Positions 8,494 to 18,159 of a DNA stretch of 62,530 nucleotides are shown here, one piece after another (within the stretch, counting starts at the first letter, position 1; every line of letters starts with the position of its first letter). The translations under genes and the position numbers were made by a program. The notes under the pieces were generated by a model. That model was not told the origin of the DNA. It did no database searches and was given only the letters and a program-made list of their open reading frames with translations. Origin of the DNA: a virus (Duplodnaviria > Caudoviricetes). The stretch covers positions 1-62,530 of IMG/VR virus record IMGVR_UViG_3300045971_000057. One strand, written 5' to 3'.

Positions 8494-9711
8494 TCAATAC
8501 AGCCAAGTCAACTTTTCTTTGGCTCGTGTGACTGCGGTGTACAACCAACGCTTCCTGAAGCCTCGATCCTTTTCATTCATCGCATCATCGACAAGGATCA
8601 CGTGGTCCCACTCACTGCCCTGAGACTTGTGGACTGTAATCGCATATCCATAGTCCAGTTCAATCAGGCCAATGCGTGATGGCCAAGGCTCCTCAATTGC
8701 GTCATCATGGTAGTGAACATCAAATGGATAGTTGTAGATTGGCGCCCTGCGAACAAAGCTGCCTTCATACATCAGATCCAATTCCCAGTCACCAGATGCC
8801 TCGTTGAGTTCTGTGTTGCTATCAGACAGGCACTGGACACCGTTGATGAACATGTTACCAGCGTGGGTGAGATTCTTCAGGCAGATGAGTTTCTCACCAG
8901 AGACAGGGAAGGTTGACTCATGATGCCCAAGCAACTTCCGAGTGATGCGATTGAGTTTGCGCCTGATGGTATTCCTTCCGGTCAGGATCTGATCGCATTG
9001 AGTGAAGTTGTCCAAGCTGAAGTTGGCCTTTGGCCGACGCAAGATGTGCTCAGAATCGATGAATGGGTCAATATCAATTCCCTTGCGGATGTCCATGCTC
9101 AATCGGATGATTGGGTTGCCCAAAGCCTGGCGCTGGACCTGGGTCAAGATGATGTCTGGCTTCTGAGTTGAGAAGAATCCAGAATCACCAACAGGAGGCA
9201 ACTGCCCAGGATCACCAACAAACAGAACCTTGGCGCCTGTTCTCTCCAAGTCACCCAGCATCTTGTTGGTCACCATGGAAGCCTCATCAATGATAACAAA
9301 ATCATTGGGCTTGATCTTCACATTGTCCTTGTCTGCGAAAGTGATCTTGCGCTCATTGAGCTTCACCTTCTCATCATGGATCATCTCAATCAGTTTGCTG
9401 TCCCCTGGAATATTGAGCAGCTGCTCTTCCAATCGCATCAGGTCATACAGGGATGGCGCGACAGGAACATACAACACGCTGTGGATAGTTCGCACCACCA
9501 CATTGGTGAGTTTCTTCTGAAGCACTGAAGCTGCTTTTCCGGTTGGACACAGGCAGATTGGTTCAGCACCCAGAGAGTTGATGAGGTGGTGGAGTAGGAA
9601 GGTCTTGCCAGTGCCAGCATATCCTCCCAGATACAGCATCCAACGGTCTGGATCTTTCAGCCACTCACCAATCTTTTTGACGGCATCTTCTTGCTCTGGA
9701 CTCAGGCTCAC
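8494..9711 (-). CDS. SF1B RecD/Dda-like helicase
   Basis: GYAGTGKT, IIDEASM, VGDPGQLPPV, YAITVHKSQGSEW, LYTAVTRAK; GTG start 9711. Confidence 0.92.
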   Translation of the reverse strand: MSLSPEQEDAVKKIGEWLKDPDRWMLYLGGYAGTGKTFLLHHLINSLGAEPICLCPTGKAASVLQKKLTNVVVRTIHSVLYVPVAPSLYDLMRLEEQLLNIPGDSKLIEMIHDEKVKLNERKITFADKDNVKIKPNDFVIIDEASMVTNKMLGDLERTGAKVLFVGDPGQLPPVGDSGFFSTQKPDIILTQVQRQALGNPIIRLSMDIRKGIDIDPFIDSEHILRRPKANFSLDNFTQCDQILTGRNTIRRKLNRITRKLLGHHESTFPVSGEKLICLKNLTHAGNMFINGVQCLSDSNTELNEASGDWELDLMYEGSFVRRAPIYNYPFDVHYHDDAIEEPWPSRIGLIELDYGYAITVHKSQGSEWDHVILVDDAMNEKDRGFRKRWLYTAVTRAKEKLTWLY

Positions 9712-10253
9712 AACAGACCTTCCTTGCGCAGATACTTGACGACACGAACCAGTGCCTCTACATCCGCCATCGCACGATGCGCATCCTTGTGTTCCGCACC
9801 CTCTGCAAGCTCGTGCAATTGACAAAGTCTCATTCTCTTATTCCGTATCGAAAATGAAGCCTCAACGGTGCAAATCTGCGTGGGGCACCATGGAAACTTG
9901 AACTCGCATCCATTGCGCATCAGGTCAAACCGGAGTAGCGATGTATCAAAAGACAAGTTGTGCGCAATCAGGGTTTGGGCGCCAAGAAAGAACTTGGAGA
10001 GTGGATCGATGTGCGCAACGAAAGGAAGGGCATCAGACAGCATCTCATCGGTGATGCCTGTGATCTTGATGATTTCTTCAGGAAGGGTGCGACCTGGGTG
10101 AACAAGGAACTCCAAGCGATCAACTTCCTCCAAGGTATCAAAGTCAACCTTGATGGCTGCGAACTCAATGATCTGCGGCTGGTCATCGAGTGGTGTGGCC
10201 AGAGGTTTGACGAGTCCAGTGGTCTCAGTGTCAAAGATGATTGCGTGGTTCAT
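9708..10253 (-). CDS. DEDDh 3'-5' exonuclease (Pol III epsilon-like)
   Basis: IFDTETTG, AHNLSFD, HRAMADV. Confidence 0.9.
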   Translation of the reverse strand: MNHAIIFDTETTGLVKPLATPLDDQPQIIEFAAIKVDFDTLEEVDRLEFLVHPGRTLPEEIIKITGITDEMLSDALPFVAHIDPLSKFFLGAQTLIAHNLSFDTSLLRFDLMRNGCEFKFPWCPTQICTVEASFSIRNKRMRLCQLHELAEGAEHKDAHRAMADVEALVRVVKYLRKEGLL

Positions 10254-11122
10254 TTGTAATCCTTCACAAAGTGGTGGCATTCTGCGACAGACTTCATAGA
10301 CGCACCAAAATGGACTTCAAATTCGGTGTGTAGTTTCACAGGGAACTTTCGACCATCATGAGTCCAAGACCCATCATTCCAGCGAGTGCGAACCCAGTGC
10401 TGAACATTCTCAGCAATCACCTTGCTGTTGTGGATTGAATCTGGAGGTTGATTCTCAGTCAACTTGTGGACATTGCGCAGAAGCGTTGGGTTGAAGAACT
10501 GCTTGGCTGCGTAGTATCCAGAAGCAACGATTGGATATGACGCAGCAGTTTCTTCAAGGCCACCAGAAAGGCCAACAACCTCATTCAAGAACACACCACA
10601 AGTCTCGATTGTGTTGCGAAGGAATAGGCCACGCGATGTAGCAATCAGTCCGATGGTTGTTGGCTTGATCTTGTATTGCTGAGGCATCCCTCCAAGAGCA
10701 CCAACACAGCAGACAACTCCGCACTTCTTGTAGTCATCCATGTAGTCCAGCACCTCATCATATCGCTCACCTGAGGATCTTGGGAATTGCTTGGTGCCTG
10801 GAGAGAACTCCATGTTGTCGTCGCCAAAGCAATAGTAGTCAACACCAGGGAACAGCAAGGCTGCTTCTTGTCGAAGTCTGGTCATGCTTGGAGCAACTTC
10901 TGGATGCCTGATGGAATCCGACATTGCGATGCGGCATTCAAAACCAGCATCTTCAACTTTCTTTTTTGCCTCAATAGCAGAATCGACTGTCCACGGAGAT
11001 TGGCAGCACAACGCAAAAGCTGCTCTGCCTCTGAGGTTGCTGATGTGCTGGAGTGAGCCATAGATGAACTCATCAAACTCATCAGGGTGAATTGATGGGA
11101 TGACGAACGCAAATCTGCTCAT
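10250..11122 (-). CDS. Putative GT-A fold glycosyltransferase
   Basis: N-terminal FVIPS strand, SMTRLRQEA...DYYCFGDDNMEF (DxD-like), later LEET acidic motif. Confidence 0.6.
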   Translation of the reverse strand: MSRFAFVIPSIHPDEFDEFIYGSLQHISNLRGRAAFALCCQSPWTVDSAIEAKKKVEDAGFECRIAMSDSIRHPEVAPSMTRLRQEAALLFPGVDYYCFGDDNMEFSPGTKQFPRSSGERYDEVLDYMDDYKKCGVVCCVGALGGMPQQYKIKPTTIGLIATSRGLFLRNTIETCGVFLNEVVGLSGGLEETAASYPIVASGYYAAKQFFNPTLLRNVHKLTENQPPDSIHNSKVIAENVQHWVRTRWNDGSWTHDGRKFPVKLHTEFEVHFGASMKSVAECHHFVKDYK

Positions 11123-11757
11123 CCAAGATCCTTTCCAAGAGGCACCGCATTGGTTGGCCTGTATGGACGCAAAGCCTGTTCAAAGATTGGGTTAATTGCT
11201 GCGGGGATTTCAGTGGTGGAAGATCCAATGGGAGGTTCCTCAGCATGGCGTGCTTCGGTGTCTTCAAACTCAGCAGCATACTCACGATCAGCACGAGACA
11301 TGACCACATCTCCAGGCAGATGGTGAGTTGAAGAAAGATCAGTCACTGGGATTCTGCAGCACTCAGACAGAGGCTTGACTTCCACCTCAGCAAGCCACTG
11401 ACCTGAATAGTCAGGCTTCACAGTGGTCACCAACTTGACTGGAGGCTCAACATACAAGCCAGCAATCTCAGCATCCAACTCTTCCAGCATCGCAGAATAG
11501 ACGATGTCATCATGGACAGAATCCTGGTGGCCAACTTTTGGATTCGTCACATAGCGGCTGAGTTTGGCAATCTTCATGAAGATGACTCCATAGCGATTGA
11601 AGTCATCAACGCTGGAAAGAGTCAGACCATCAGGGAACAGAGCAACCATCACGTGGCCAAACCTCTTGTAGTTGTTCCCATACTTCTTGTTGCGGTCGAT
11701 GTAGGTCTTGAGTGCTTCCTCAAGGTTGACGATGGCGTGAAAATTTGTCTGATCCAT
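11119..11757 (-). CDS. Alpha-helical nucleotide-modification-associated / pyrophosphatase-like protein
   Basis: DRNKKYG...KIAKLSRY...HQDSVHDDIVYSAML resembles DUF6378/Nmad-type phage domains. Confidence 0.55.
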   Translation of the reverse strand: MDQTNFHAIVNLEEALKTYIDRNKKYGNNYKRFGHVMVALFPDGLTLSSVDDFNRYGVIFMKIAKLSRYVTNPKVGHQDSVHDDIVYSAMLEELDAEIAGLYVEPPVKLVTTVKPDYSGQWLAEVEVKPLSECCRIPVTDLSSTHHLPGDVVMSRADREYAAEFEDTEARHAEEPPIGSSTTEIPAAINPIFEQALRPYRPTNAVPLGKDLG

Positions 11758-12212
11758 CAGTAGTCACCTTTCTGAACTTGGAAGCACTTCAGTCCGTTGC
11801 GGCGCCACATGTCCACAACAGTATCTCGATCATCCAGCACAAACTGAACATCATAGTTGTCCTTGATGATCTTCATCCACTTTTCTTCCTTGACGACATA
11901 GTCACTGCGGTAGTCACCATCCGTGCGCATACAGAGCATGTCCCAACCAACACCATGAGCAGCAAGCCACGCAGTTGTGTAGTGAGAATACTTCTCAAAG
12001 CGTCCAGTGACCAGCAGAATTTTGTAACCTGCCTTCTTGTAGATATTCACCAGATCAATCACGTGGTTGTGCGGCTCATCAAAAGGAATGTCCTCATTGA
12101 AGGCATCCCAGTTCTTTTTCAGGCCAGCAGTTTCGATATGGTGGAGACGCTGCTTGATGTTACAGATCGTTCCATCCAGGTCAACGATGATTGCGAGTTC
12201 CATGTTGCTCAT
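11757..12212 (-). CDS. HAD phosphatase (T4 PNKP phosphatase-domain-like)
   Basis: DLDGT, VTGR, K, LDDR...VVDMWR. Confidence 0.88.
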   Translation of the reverse strand: MSNMELAIIVDLDGTICNIKQRLHHIETAGLKKNWDAFNEDIPFDEPHNHVIDLVNIYKKAGYKILLVTGRFEKYSHYTTAWLAAHGVGWDMLCMRTDGDYRSDYVVKEEKWMKIIKDNYDVQFVLDDRDTVVDMWRRNGLKCFQVQKGDY

Positions 12213-12214
12213 GA

Positions 12215-13054
12215 TCAATCCTTTGGGGCGTGAGGCTGGGCTTCTGCGCGAGTGACTTCCCACAGAGCATGAATTTCATTCTTGGTGAGAGGCTTCTGGT
12301 GGACATCCACAGTGGTCCCATCTTCCTGGTCAAAGAAAGTGTGGACTGCTTCGTCATACCGGAGTCCAGTCTCAGGGTTGAAGATCCCACCCTTGATCGG
12401 GCAATCCATGTATGAAGGGAAACAGCAGGTCCCATTCGACGCACAATGGACTCGCAGCATACGCTCTGTCCACGGATGAACAGCAATCACCTCATCCCTG
12501 ATCTGGCGCATCACATCTTGGAACTCACCCTGGGCCTTCACGCACAGACGCTCACCAGCCATCCCATTCAGGGTGCGGAGGTTTGCCTTGAACACGATCC
12601 CAGTTTGGATGTTGGTTGGAAGGATGCCTCGTGCGTCCTGGGTGCGAGCACCAGCAGCAGCCAGCTTCTTGTAGGTGTCCTTGATCCCATCCATCCCATC
12701 CGCATAGATGATGCTGAGATTTTTGTCCTCCAAGATGCTTCCGGTTTCAACAAACTCAAACTCAGACATGTCCACAACACGCTGTGCCTGCTGCGCAAAG
12801 GAAGTTCCGATGCGGTGACGAACAAGCTGATGAGTGAAGGCACGAGTCACACCTTCGATCAGGAAAACATAATCAGCAAACTCCCAACTGGACTTGATGG
12901 TGTTGAGCATGTATTCCAGCTCAGCCATTTTCTTTTCCTGAGGCCAAGCCTTGATGGTTTCCAGACCAGTAGCACTCATCTTCAATCGAGTGGACTTGGT
13001 GAAGATGAGAGTCTCAAGAGCATCTTGAGTGTAGTTGATGAGTGTGACCTTCAT
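12215..13054 (-). CDS. thyX: Flavin-dependent thymidylate synthase-like protein (variant motif)
   Basis: FLIEGVTRAFTHQLVRHR..SFAQQAQR, DARGILP, NLRTL, RLCVKAQGE. Confidence 0.85.
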   Translation of the reverse strand: MKVTLINYTQDALETLIFTKSTRLKMSATGLETIKAWPQEKKMAELEYMLNTIKSSWEFADYVFLIEGVTRAFTHQLVRHRIGTSFAQQAQRVVDMSEFEFVETGSILEDKNLSIIYADGMDGIKDTYKKLAAAGARTQDARGILPTNIQTGIVFKANLRTLNGMAGERLCVKAQGEFQDVMRQIRDEVIAVHPWTERMLRVHCASNGTCCFPSYMDCPIKGGIFNPETGLRYDEAVHTFFDQEDGTTVDVHQKPLTKNEIHALWEVTRAEAQPHAPKD

Positions 13055-13056
13055 GG

Positions 13057-13551
13057 CTACTCCTTGACCAGCTGAGTCATCAGGCAGAGGTTGCGCTCGA
13101 CAACGCCGATGATGATGTTGAGGTGAACACGCAAGCGCCAGTTCTCACCAGGCCTCATGTAGTATGTGTTCTTGAAAAGATTCTGCCAAGTGGTCTCACA
13201 CCAGACAGACTTGTGACTCAGATCCTGCGCACTCATCTGAGAGTTGTAGTAGGGCACCACGATGTTGGCCACGCCACCAGGCTTCAGCACTCGCTGAATC
13301 TCAGCAAGCATAGCAATGGGATTGTCCAGATGCTCAAGGAAGTGATAGGCATGGACACAGTCAGTAGAATCGGTGCCTGCCGAGATTGTGTTGAGATTCG
13401 CATCCCAGGAAGGAAGATCCAGATTGATGGCGCCCTGGATGATCTTCTTGCCGCATCCGAGATTGAACACCAACCCATGCTCATCCCAGCGATGGATTGG
13501 AGGTATGTCTCGATCCATCCCTATGCGAAAAAGGTCTTGAACTGTCTTCAT
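13057..13551 (-). CDS. Class I SAM-dependent methyltransferase (small-molecule/sugar type)
   Basis: NLGCG motif I, HFLEHL, EIQRVLKPGG. Confidence 0.85.
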   Translation of the reverse strand: MKTVQDLFRIGMDRDIPPIHRWDEHGLVFNLGCGKKIIQGAINLDLPSWDANLNTISAGTDSTDCVHAYHFLEHLDNPIAMLAEIQRVLKPGGVANIVVPYYNSQMSAQDLSHKSVWCETTWQNLFKNTYYMRPGENWRLRVHLNIIIGVVERNLCLMTQLVKE

Positions 13552-14501
13552 CTTGCCTCCCAGTTTGGTTTGTGGGTTGCGCTCAATGCGCGTTGGTAGT
13601 GATCCTTTGTGGTGATAAAGTCTCCAATGACGGCAATGTCCCTGACCAGATCATCAAGAAGGATATTGCGCCAAGTTGCGAACCTGCCCAGAGAGTAGAT
13701 GTTGTATGTATTCGTCAACCCCATGATGAATTGTTTTCTCAGATCCTCATTCATTGGAGCAATCTTGCCATATTTCTGCTCACGCAGCAGGACACCAGAA
13801 AGGATGCCATGGATACCAAAATGTACCAGAGTCTCTTGAGCATACCCATCAGCAAAGTCAACTGGGATCTCAGCAATCAATTCAATGATCAATTTGCTAC
13901 CAGTGATGCTGGCGCGATACACAGGAGTCTCATCACCAGGGAAGTAGATTGTTTGGTAAATGGAAGATTCAGGATCAATGATGTCTGCGGTGATCACCCA
14001 GATGGATCGACTCACAAATTCGCACTCAGGAGCCTTTGGCCATTGCGCCATGCCCATCATCATAGGCATTGGAAGGGTGCTGATGGTAGGCTCATCGCAG
14101 TGCTCATCTATGGCCTTGATGGCAGTGATAGGAGTGCTGAAGCTGATGTCGCATCCATTGGCGAGTTGCTCAACAAAATTATTTGGAGCAATCCATCGCT
14201 CGGATGGTTCAATGTTCAAGATACTCCGGTTGGATATTTTCCGGGTCACCTTCTGGGAATACAAATTCGCAAACCGGAGGTTTGATTCGGTGAAGTGCTT
14301 TTGGCCAACAGCAATGCCCTTGTGGACTGTGACCTTCTTGAAAGGGATTCCAGTCAGCTTTGAGATCGCATCTGATCGGAAGCGCAGCAAGGCATCGTGA
14401 TTCTTGGGCAAAAAATCTTGCTTCTCAAAGATGGTTGGATTGTGCTTGCGAAGTAGATTCGCAGCCAGCAAGCCAGCCATGCCTGCTCCAAGGATGATCA
14501 T
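13548..14501 (-). CDS. FAD/NAD(P)-dependent oxidoreductase, UDP-galactopyranose-mutase-like architecture
   Basis: IILGAGMAGL...FEK Rossmann motif, ISTLPM, C-terminal SLGRFATWR. Confidence 0.75.
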   Translation of the reverse strand: MIILGAGMAGLLAANLLRKHNPTIFEKQDFLPKNHDALLRFRSDAISKLTGIPFKKVTVHKGIAVGQKHFTESNLRFANLYSQKVTRKISNRSILNIEPSERWIAPNNFVEQLANGCDISFSTPITAIKAIDEHCDEPTISTLPMPMMMGMAQWPKAPECEFVSRSIWVITADIIDPESSIYQTIYFPGDETPVYRASITGSKLIIELIAEIPVDFADGYAQETLVHFGIHGILSGVLLREQKYGKIAPMNEDLRKQFIMGLTNTYNIYSLGRFATWRNILLDDLVRDIAVIGDFITTKDHYQRALSATHKPNWEAR

Positions 14502-14537
14502 CAGAACTCCTGAAATTGTTGGTTGAATTCCTTTGTC

Positions 14538-14575
14538 CAAACGCAGGGCATGTCGTCAGCCATGCCCTGCGTTTG
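14538..14575 (-). terminator. Strong hairpin after basic-protein gene (terminator or processing stem)
   Basis: CAAACGCAGGGCATG / CATGCCCTGCGTTTG 15-bp stem; no clear U tract. Confidence 0.55.
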
Positions 14576-14582
14576 AGGTTGC

Positions 14583-14915
14583 CTACTCGACAGACAAGAA
14601 CTTGCGCTCAATGCCCATCTTGAGATCAAAGCTGTTGCCGCCCAGCTCGATGAACTTCTCATAGAGCATACCGCTGCGGAGCAACTTGAAAGTCTCGTGG
14701 CGAGCAGATCCCTCACGATAGGGATTGCCGTCCACCAGCTTGGTGATCTTCTTGCCCAGCATCGGGCTGGGGCGGCCAAGAGTCTTGGTGCCCACTTCCT
14801 TCTTGGGAGCCTTGACCTTGGGGGTGGCTTCCTTCTTGGGGGTGGCTTCCTTCTTGGCCTTGGGAGCAGCATCCTTCTTGGGAGCAGCCTTCTTGGCCTT
14901 GGTGGTGTCGCTCAT
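14583..14915 (-). CDS. Histone-H1-like Lys/Ala/Pro-tailed small DNA-binding-like protein
   Basis: KKAAPKK/KKEATPKK repeats, then KITKLVDGNPYREGSARHETF...GGNSFDL; GGAGG RBS. Confidence 0.8.
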   Translation of the reverse strand: MSDTTKAKKAAPKKDAAPKAKKEATPKKEATPKVKAPKKEVGTKTLGRPSPMLGKKITKLVDGNPYREGSARHETFKLLRSGMLYEKFIELGGNSFDLKMGIERKFLSVE

Positions 14916-14977
14916 GGTAATGATTCCTCCTGTGACTGAGACTTTGAAAGTTGGCGCTCAGCAATGCCCTTGATCAG

Positions 14978-14997
14978 ACTTTTATTGTAACCTGGTT
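14978..14997 (-). promoter_or_regulatory. Putative phage promoter AACCAGGTTACAATAAAAGT
   Basis: 18/20 identical to 21887-21906, intergenic, upstream of a start codon. Confidence 0.6.
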
Positions 14998-15157
14998 CTT
15001 GACTTCCAAATCATTTGGAAGGTTGCGTTGGATTGTTGATGCCTTGAGCTTTTGCTCTGTAACCATCGGTGTTCGCAGACCAGTGATCTGAATTCCTGCC
15101 ATCATGAAGGTGAACACCCTGCTCTTCTTCAACTGGTTTAGGTGCTGACTTGGGAAA

Positions 15158-16621
15158 CTAGACTGGATAGTGCTTCTGAGTTTGCGGCTGAATAAATGTG
15201 AGGGAATGTTTGGCTCTTGTGACTGCGACATATAGCACCCGTTGTTCTTCATCAGTTGTGAGGGAATGCCAAGGCCTGATGGTTAAGTCAGGAATCAAAA
15301 CAACATGATCTGCTTCTCCACCCTTGACGCGATGAATTGTGCTGATTGCGATTCTTGGTTTGTCCGTCAATGACTCCTTGTTTGCGAGACAGGCTCGGAT
15401 GTATTCACGCTTCTGTGCTGGGATGACCAACGCATCCATCCAGTTCATCTTCAGCAGAGCCTTGTTGGTAGCAATTGGGCTGTTCTGAATTGTGACTTCC
15501 TCTTTTGGTTTGAATCCTTCAAGTTGAGGCATCACAGACACCAGACACTTCACTTCAGCTGGCAACAGCGGTCTGCCTTTGATCCAATTGCCCCAAGCAA
15601 TGATTGCCTTTGTGGTGCTGTCGTTTGTGCTGTGCCTTCCTTCCATCATGTATGGGTAGCCTTGGTTTTCCATAACAGTTCTGAACCTGCTCAGGAAGCG
15701 ATGGTTGCGAGAGAGCAAAAGCCAGGTGCCTTGCTTCACATCCAGCAAAGACTCATACCGGAGGAAGTTCACAGAACCTTCCTCTGCCCTGCTGTTCCAG
15801 GTCTTGGGTTGCCTCACACTTATACCATCAGTGATCTGTGTGGCCAATCTCCAGATGCTCTTTGGTAGCCTCCAGCTGGTGGGAAGAATTTCAGTTTTGG
15901 CTCGGATGCTCAGGAACTTGTTCACATCAGCACCAGCCCATGAATAGATACATTGGTCGTCATCGCCAGCAAGATAGATCTGCTTTGCGTTGGAGGCAGC
16001 CACTCGGACAACACGCCACTGGAGTGGGCTGAGATCCTGCCCCTCATCAATGATGAATAGATCAACATCAAGTGGCGTGTTGTAGTTCTCAAGCAGGTCT
16101 GTGAAGTCCATCAGGCCACGCATCTCTTTGTATTGCTTCAATCCTTTTGCCCATTGTTCAACAGCAGCCCAAGGGCAATCTCGTTCAGAGGCTTCACACC
16201 ATTGGTCCTCCAGTGAAACATTCCTGATGCGAGACAACGCTTCAATTCTGGAGACTTTGTCTCCAAGGGCAGTTCCCAAGGGAATGAAAAGGAAGTCATC
16301 ATCAACGCTGGTGAATTGGAATCCGAGAGCATTGCCCAACTCCTTGTAGTGTTCATCACTCATGATGTCGTCACGCCGCATGGACAAATCTCGGAAGGCC
16401 ATGCTGTGTAGTGTTCTGAAGAATGGGAATCGCTCAGGGCCCATGTTGAACTTTTCTTGGGCTCGATTGACTGCCTCATCCGCAGCCTTCTTGGTGAAGG
16501 CCATGTAGGCAATTCTCTCTGGCGGTGTCCCTGCCTTCATTGCTTCTTCAACAATCATGAGAAGCCTGGTTGTTTTGCCAGTCCCAGGCGGCCCAAAGAT
16601 TTTTGTGATGCGATTGCTCAT
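15158..16621 (-). CDS. SF1A UvrD/Rep-like helicase
   Basis: GPPGTGKT, AFTKKAA, TLHS, IDEGQD, GDDDQCIY, STIHRVKGGE, LYVAVTRA. Confidence 0.92.
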   Translation of the reverse strand: MSNRITKIFGPPGTGKTTRLLMIVEEAMKAGTPPERIAYMAFTKKAADEAVNRAQEKFNMGPERFPFFRTLHSMAFRDLSMRRDDIMSDEHYKELGNALGFQFTSVDDDFLFIPLGTALGDKVSRIEALSRIRNVSLEDQWCEASERDCPWAAVEQWAKGLKQYKEMRGLMDFTDLLENYNTPLDVDLFIIDEGQDLSPLQWRVVRVAASNAKQIYLAGDDDQCIYSWAGADVNKFLSIRAKTEILPTSWRLPKSIWRLATQITDGISVRQPKTWNSRAEEGSVNFLRYESLLDVKQGTWLLLSRNHRFLSRFRTVMENQGYPYMMEGRHSTNDSTTKAIIAWGNWIKGRPLLPAEVKCLVSVMPQLEGFKPKEEVTIQNSPIATNKALLKMNWMDALVIPAQKREYIRACLANKESLTDKPRIAISTIHRVKGGEADHVVLIPDLTIRPWHSLTTDEEQRVLYVAVTRAKHSLTFIQPQTQKHYPV

Positions 16622-17007
16622 TTGAACTCTTTCATATTCGCAGCCATCTGCTGAACAATCCACTGGATTCCGTATGCCTGGTGCTCACCTTTGGGGCACT
16701 CACCCTTCATCGCATCACAGACTTCATTCCACACATGGGCTGCCTCGTGAGCAAGCAGTGCGGCAAGCTGGGATTTGCTGATTCCTTTCTTCCTCTTCAA
16801 GCATACGATGATGGTCACATGGTCATACCTAAGCAGCACGTGCGTTGTTGCGTTCGATCCTGGAGTGACCCATGGCCTTGGCTCTTTGACTTTGATCCTT
16901 TTCACTTCCTTGTCATATTCCTTCTTTTTGGTTGTAAAGCCAAAATATACTGGCCATGATCCGGTCGCAAAGTAGTGGATGTGTGCCTTACTCATCTGAT
17001 GATCCAT
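16618..17007 (-). CDS. Hypothetical protein with HExxH motif
   Basis: LAHEAAH...E. Confidence 0.6.
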   Translation of the reverse strand: MDHQMSKAHIHYFATGSWPVYFGFTTKKKEYDKEVKRIKVKEPRPWVTPGSNATTHVLLRYDHVTIIVCLKRKKGISKSQLAALLAHEAAHVWNEVCDAMKGECPKGEHQAYGIQWIVQQMAANMKEFK

Positions 17008-17255
17008 TCACATTCTTGGCTGCTTTGATCTTGATGTTCACAGCAGCAGTGACCAAATTGATCGCATAGCGGCAGTCTGATTCATTCATGTCCAATGAGT
17101 GGATGAAGAAGATTGCCTTCTGAACATCCTTGGGAGTTTTCAGATGCTTGGTGAAGAACTCAATCAGAGCAAATTGATCAGTCATGAATTCTTCAAGCAC
17201 CCTGCGTCTGGCCAGCAAGCCATACAATCGCAGCTTATCGAATGGATCAGTCACA

Positions 17256-17612
17256 TCAAACTCTGGCTGATTTTTTACAGCTGTTGAGGAGGTCAACATA
17301 TGGCTTTGGAAGGATGGTGATTGGGTCATACGGATTCCCATGGCACTGGGTAATTTTGTCACCAATCCAATCAGCCATGAGCTCAGTTGCTGGATTCTTT
17401 CTCGCATTGACGAGAATCTTGATGAAGGTTCCTGGAGGAAGTTTGATTGACTCACGCTGGCCTTTGTGCCTTTTGATTTCATCATCCAGCCACCCCATCG
17501 ACAAAGGCTTGATATTTTCTTCATCAAACATTACTTCCTCCGAATTGCGACAGACAGAAGATTGAACATAATGGCGCCAAGGCTGACAACAATCAGGTAA
17601 AAACCAAGCCAT
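17256..17612 (-). CDS. Hypothetical protein
   Basis: Tandem ORF; start probably internal (MFDEE). Confidence 0.5.
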   Translation of the reverse strand: MAWFLPDCCQPWRHYVQSSVCRNSEEVMFDEENIKPLSMGWLDDEIKRHKGQRESIKLPPGTFIKILVNARKNPATELMADWIGDKITQCHGNPYDPITILPKPYVDLLNSCKKSARV

Positions 17613-17817
17613 CGCCAGAAGCCAGACAGCACAAATTTCAGGATTTCAAGCACGAGGCACCTCTTTGTATCGGGAACCACGGCGCTGCGTTCCCTGGGGC
17701 TTGCAGGGGAGTTCATAGGCCTGATCTGCTGGGTGTCCGCAGGGCATACGAACCAGGGGCTTGTCCAAATCAACTTCGTGATACTTGCCGCATTGGTAGC
17801 AGCCGATCCATCCAGTG

Positions 17818-18159
17818 TTATCGCTCATCAGCAATCCCTTTGCCATGAGCACCAACCTCGCTGATGCCGATGCCGCTGATGCCAAGATATTCTTTCCCAG
17901 TCTTGAGATCCTTGAGGATGTATATTCCACGCTTGTCGTTGTAGGCAACGGTGTCTTTGAACACACCAACACGCGTGACTTTGAATCTCGCACCATTTGC
18001 TTCTGGGCCCAGATCATCCAGCTTGGTGTTTGCTGCGGGGCCACAACTAATGAAGAAGATTGCGCCACAAAGAAGGATAGCCAAGATGATGATTTTTTCC
18101 AAAGTGTTGTAGTGCTTGATTGACCAGTGGCCATTGTTTGGCTCATAGTTCACTCTCAA
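17818..18159 (-). CDS. Putative lipoprotein
   Basis: Hydrophobic stretch ending FFISCG (lipobox-like); start uncertain. Confidence 0.45.
   Translation of the reverse strand: MRVNYEPNNGHWSIKHYNTLEKIIILAILLCGAIFFISCGPAANTKLDDLGPEANGARFKVTRVGVFKDTVAYNDKRGIYILKDLKTGKEYLGISGIGISEVGAHGKGIADER

Noticed and set aside
12820-12840. Other CTGATGAG occurrences (also near 3062, 11079, 17824, 21192, 48507) as further hammerheads
   Set aside because: They lie within coding regions, and I saw no matching GAAA and stem arrangement
14795-14900. Tandem TTCTTGGG repeats as CRISPR or regulatory repeats
   Set aside because: They encode the PKKEAT/PKK tail of the basic protein; no spacers
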